This document shows, piece after piece, positions 60,961-64,000 of a stretch of DNA of 64,000 bases. A program made the position numbers and the translations under genes. The notes under the pieces are model-generated. The model was not told the origin of the DNA. It did not search any database and saw only the letters and a program-made list of their open reading frames with translations. Source of the DNA: Bacillota bacterium (GTDB taxonomy: Bacteria; Bacillota_I; Bacilli_A; RF39; UBA660); assembly GCA_015059195.1 (NCBI GenBank), contig SVAW01000004.1, forward strand, positions 35,440 through 99,439, given 5' to 3'. How positions within the stretch are numbered: the stretch's first letter is position 1; each line of letters starts with the position of its first letter.

Positions 60961-61020
60961 AGGCGAGTAAGAAATTTACTCCTTGCTTCAAAGCGAAGCC
61001 AAAAGACCATAAGGAGGTGT
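60961..61020 (+). promoter_or_regulatory. Structured 5' leader of rpsF (candidate S6:S18-responsive leader)
   Basis: Two adjacent hairpins, GAGUAA-GAAAU-UUACUC and GCUUC-AAAGC-GAAGC, enclosed by GGC…GCC, immediately before the RBS. Confidence 0.35.
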
Positions 61021-61024
61021 AAGA

Positions 61025-61315
61025 ATGACTAAATATGAAATTATGTTTATCGTTCGTCCAACATTATCAGAAGAAGAAATCAAAGGTGTTGTAACAAGTT
61101 TTGAAAAGGTTTTAGCTGACAATGGTGCGAAAGAAGTTAATGTAAAAGAAATGGGTCAAAGAGAATTAGCTTATGAAATCAAAAAATTCAAAAGTGGATA
61201 CTATTACGTTGTGACTTTAGAAGCTACTGATAACAAAGCAGTTAAAGAGTTTGATCGCCTAGCTTTAATTAGTAATGACATTATTCGTCACTTGGTTACT
61301 AAGTTAGAAGCTTAA
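61025..61315 (+). CDS. rpsF: 30S ribosomal protein S6
   Basis: [12 protein letters not shown] start, 96 aa. Confidence 0.95.
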   Translation: MTKYEIMFIVRPTLSEEEIKGVVTSFEKVLADNGAKEVNVKEMGQRELAYEIKKFKSGYYYVVTLEATDNKAVKEFDRLALISNDIIRHLVTKLEA

Positions 61316-61329
61316 GAAAAGAGGTACGC

Positions 61330-61782
61330 ATGAATAGAGTAATGTTAATTGGTAGATTAACTACCAAACCAGAATTAAAATATACTAGTTCTAATTTACC
61401 GTTTGCGCGTTTTTCGGTAGCAGTAAATAGAACATTTAATAATGCCCAAGGACAAAGAGAAGCGGACTTTATTAATGTTGTTGTTTGGAGAAAACAAGCA
61501 GAAAATGTTTGTAATTATTTAGATAAAGGAAGCTTAGTTTCGGTAGAGGGCAGAATTCAAACAGGAAGTTATGACGATAAAGATGGAAATAAGAGATATA
61601 CTATGGAAGTTGTGGCTGACTCTGTACAATTTTTAGAGTCAAAAACACAAAGTCAAAATCGTAGTCAATCCAATCCAAGCCCATATGATTATCAGGTTCC
61701 AACAAACGATGTAGATGTTGCGGATGATCCATTTGCGGATTTCGGGGATAGTGTTTCAATCGATGATAACTTCTTAGATTAA
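61330..61782 (+). CDS. ssb: Single-stranded DNA-binding protein
   Basis: [21 protein letters not shown]-fold N-terminus and acidic tail …DDNFLD. Confidence 0.95.
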   Translation: MNRVMLIGRLTTKPELKYTSSNLPFARFSVAVNRTFNNAQGQREADFINVVVWRKQAENVCNYLDKGSLVSVEGRIQTGSYDDKDGNKRYTMEVVADSVQFLESKTQSQNRSQSNPSPYDYQVPTNDVDVADDPFADFGDSVSIDDNFLD

Positions 61783-61797
61783 TAAGGAGGAAATATA

Positions 61798-62019
61798 ATG
61801 GCTGAATTTCACGGAAGAAAAAGTAAAAAAATCTGCCAAATGTGCGCAGGTAAATCTGTAGACTATAAAGATGCAGATATTATAAAAAAATATATTAGTA
61901 GTGATAAAGGTAAAATTTTACCAAGAAGAGCTACTGGAGCTTGTGCTAAACACCAAAGACATATTGCTGGCGAAGTAAAAAAAGCTCGTTTTATGGCGTT
62001 AATACCATTTGTTAAATAA
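61798..62019 (+). CDS. rpsR: 30S ribosomal protein S18
   Basis: [13 protein letters not shown]…[14 protein letters not shown]. Confidence 0.95.
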   Translation: MAEFHGRKSKKICQMCAGKSVDYKDADIIKKYISSDKGKILPRRATGACAKHQRHIAGEVKKARFMALIPFVK

Positions 62020-62041
62020 GGCGATTATTCGTCTTTTTTTG
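62020..62041 (+). terminator. Terminator after rpsR
   Basis: GGCGA-UUAU-UCGUC hairpin followed by U7. A second, longer hairpin (62047-62080, AAAAATTCTTAATC/GATTAAGAATTTTT) overlaps the gpsA 3' end. Confidence 0.5.
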
Positions 62042-62054
62042 TTAATAAAAATTC

Positions 62055-63026
62055 TTAATCTTTTGTGATTAAGAATTTTTTTAGTGCATCCGGTTTTTCT
62101 TTTCCCAAAACAATACTATAAATTAGGTCAATAATTGGGATTTTAGCTTTTTTTCTATTTAATAAATCATAGATAGATTCCAGGGTGTGGAGACCTTCTA
62201 TTGTTGTCGAGTTAATAAACTTTTCAATTTCATCTTTAGGCCTTTGTTCTCCAATCATTTGTCCGAAACGAAAGTTTCTACTCTTTGAGCTGGTACAAGT
62301 AAGGAGTAAATCACCAAATCCTGCAAAAGAAAGAATTGTATTTTTATTTCCTCCAAGTATTTTGATTAATTCTTTTATGTCATGCAGTGATTCTGTAATA
62401 AACATTGCTTGAGTAGATTCTGACATCCCCATGCCAGATAACATTCCTGAAGCTATTGCGATAACGTTTTTTATAGAGCCACAAATTTCTATACCTATAA
62501 TATCATCAGTTGCTCTAAGTTTGAGGTGTTGGTTTTCTAATGTTCTTTTTAACAATATCTCTGTTTCTTTGCTTTTGGTTCCGAGCGATAAACCAATTGG
62601 GACTTTGTTTGCAATATCGATTGCAAATGAAGGGCCAGAAATGATTGCCAGATTCTTATTTTTAATGTGTTTTTCTAAAACATCCGCCACAAATAAGCAA
62701 GTATCTTTTTCGATTCCTTTAGAAGCTATACAAATATGCTGATCTTTTTTAATATGTTTTTTAAGTTCCAGACTTATGTCATCTACAAATTGAGCTGGTA
62801 CAGCAATAACAATCAAATTTGCACTATCGACACATTCCTGCATGTTAGTTGTAAAATATATTTCTTTTGGTATGTCGATATCTAATAATTTGCTTTTTCT
62901 AAAATTATCTAAATATTTAACCTCGTCATCAAATTTGCTCCACATGGATATATTGCAATTGTTTTCAAAAAACATGGTGGCTAGGGCGATGCCGTATGCC
63001 CCGGTACCTAATATTGCTATTTTCAT
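62055..63026 (-). CDS. gpsA: NAD(P)H-dependent glycerol-3-phosphate dehydrogenase
   Basis: MKIAILGTGAYGIALA Rossmann motif and a KGIE motif. It is the only minus-strand gene to the right of oriC. Confidence 0.9.
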   Translation of the reverse strand: MKIAILGTGAYGIALATMFFENNCNISMWSKFDDEVKYLDNFRKSKLLDIDIPKEIYFTTNMQECVDSANLIVIAVPAQFVDDISLELKKHIKKDQHICIASKGIEKDTCLFVADVLEKHIKNKNLAIISGPSFAIDIANKVPIGLSLGTKSKETEILLKRTLENQHLKLRATDDIIGIEICGSIKNVIAIASGMLSGMGMSESTQAMFITESLHDIKELIKILGGNKNTILSFAGFGDLLLTCTSSKSRNFRFGQMIGEQRPKDEIEKFINSTTIEGLHTLESIYDLLNRKKAKIPIIDLIYSIVLGKEKPDALKKFLITKD

Positions 63027-63093
63027 ATAATCACCACTATTATTTTATCACAAATTACTTTACAAAAAAAGTTAAAAAAATTCTAAAAAATGC

Positions 63094-63122
63094 TTGATTT
63101 TCATAGGATTATTGTGTATAAT
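63094..63122 (+). promoter_or_regulatory. Sigma-A promoter of the S10 ribosomal protein operon
   Basis: TTGATT (63094-63099), a 17-nt spacer, then TGtgTATAAT (TATAAT 63117-63122). Confidence 0.55.
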
Positions 63123-63255
63123 TTTGAATGTGTGGCATGCGAGGATGTGCGAGGTTGCCGATACGCTAGGTTAAGTTGTAAAACACTTAAAATAAATATC
63201 GGGTTTTTGCACGGAGCTAGTCTATACTAAGATATAGGCGAGAGGAGGATACAAT
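63123..63255 (+). promoter_or_regulatory. About 130-nt GC-enriched structured leader of the S10 operon
   Basis: Locally about 55-60% GC (63131-63170) in a genome I judge by eye to be under about 30% GC. Tandem TGCGAGG-ATG-TGCGAGG, GGCA…UGCC pairing, and a CUAUA-CUAAGA-UAUAG hairpin just before the RBS. Confidence 0.4.
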
Positions 63256-63564
63256 ATGTCTAAGACTAAAGTTCGTATCAAATTAAAAGCGTTCGAACAT
63301 AAAAGTTTGGATACTGCTTGTGCTAAAATTGTTGAAACAGTTAAAAGAACAGGTGGAGAAGTAAGTGGCCCAGTACCACTACCAACTGAAATTGAAAAGA
63401 TTACAATTTTGAGAGCGGTTCACAAATATAAGGATTCACGTGAACAATTTGAAAAAAGAACACACAAAAGACTAATTGATATCAACAACCCATCAAAGGA
63501 AACTATTGAGGCATTAACTCATTTAGATATTCCAAGTGGCGTTGATATTCAAATTAAATTATAA
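63256..63564 (+). CDS. rpsJ: 30S ribosomal protein S10
   Basis: [19 protein letters not shown]… 102 aa. Confidence 0.96.
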   Translation: MSKTKVRIKLKAFEHKSLDTACAKIVETVKRTGGEVSGPVPLPTEIEKITILRAVHKYKDSREQFEKRTHKRLIDINNPSKETIEALTHLDIPSGVDIQIKL

Positions 63565-63581
63565 TTATAGGAGGAAAAATT

Positions 63582-64000
63582 ATGAAAGGAATCTTAGGTC
63601 GTAAAATTGGAATGACTCAAGTATTTACAAAATCAGGCAAATTGATTCCGGTAACTGTTGTTGAAGTAGAACCAAATGTGGTAACACAAATTAAGACTAA
63701 AGAAAACGATGGATACGAAGCAATTCAACTTGGATTTGATACAAAGAGAGAAAAGTTAGCGACAAAAGCTTCTATTGGACATACCAATAAAGCTAAGACT
63801 ACACCTAAGCGCTTCTTTAGAGAAATTAGAGGTGTAGAAATCAGCAACTATTCATTAGGACAAGAAATCGGAGTAGATATTTTTGAAGCTGGTGAAGTTG
63901 TAGATGTTACAGGAACTACTAAAGGGAAAGGGTTCCAAGGTGTTATTAAAAGACATAATCAAAGTAGAGGTCCTATGGGACATGGTTCACATTATCATAG
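63582..64000 (+). CDS. rplC: 50S ribosomal protein L3 (5' part, runs off the window)
   Basis: ATG at 63582 after AGGAGGAAA. My translation is [16 protein letters not shown]…. It is not in the ORF track because it has no stop codon. Confidence 0.93.
   Translation, partial: MKGILGRKIGMTQVFTKSGKLIPVTVVEVEPNVVTQIKTKENDGYEAIQLGFDTKREKLATKASIGHTNKAKTTPKRFFREIRGVEISNYSLGQEIGVDIFEAGEVVDVTGTTKGKGFQGVIKRHNQSRGPMGHGSHYH

Noticed and set aside
63432-63447. TTCACGTGAA-centred near-palindrome inside rpsJ. A similar one lies in alr at about 3941.
   Set aside because: These have 4-6 mismatches to parS outside the CACGTG core. This is coding-sequence coincidence.

Overview
This 64-kb window is the chromosomal replication-origin region of a very AT-rich, standard-genetic-code Firmicute. 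It carries endospore genes (spoIIR, spoVT, bofA). Gene order is a compacted version of several Bacillus subtilis neighbourhoods, which suggests a Bacilli- or Erysipelotrichia-like lineage, but taxonomy cannot be settled from sequence alone. oriC lies around rpmH / dnaA / dnaN (about 26.9-28.8 kb). Five TTTTCCACA DnaA boxes sit upstream of dnaA. More boxes and an all-AT stretch sit between dnaA and dnaN. Gene orientation flips at the origin: 26 of 29 genes to the left are on the minus strand, and 37 of 38 to the right are on the plus strand. Almost all content is core housekeeping. I found no transposase, integrase, prophage, CRISPR array, tRNA or rRNA, and no obvious defence island. The most interesting signals all concern chromosome organisation. 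(1) A Noc orthologue lacks the N-terminal membrane helix and carries a ~180-aa acidic repeat insertion. (2) Two perfect 16-bp Noc-binding palindromes sit inside rsmG and rsmI, and a direct repeat of the half-site sits in the noc promoter. (3) Two identical perfect parS palindromes bracket a miniature SRP RNA gene just after gyrA. (4) A ComK-family gene sits between dnaN and recF, with a DnaA-box-like inverted repeat in its leader. (5) soj-spo0J lies on the opposite replichore from noc. Other items: a divergent peptidoglycan cross-bridge cluster (Fem transferase, M23 peptidase, flippase / alanine-racemase homologue, ATP-grasp ligase), a doubly disrupted dUTPase pseudogene, an FtsH with a Rho_N/HeH-like tail, and GC-rich structured leaders before rpsJ and rpsF. 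All family assignments come from reading motifs by eye. No database search was run.
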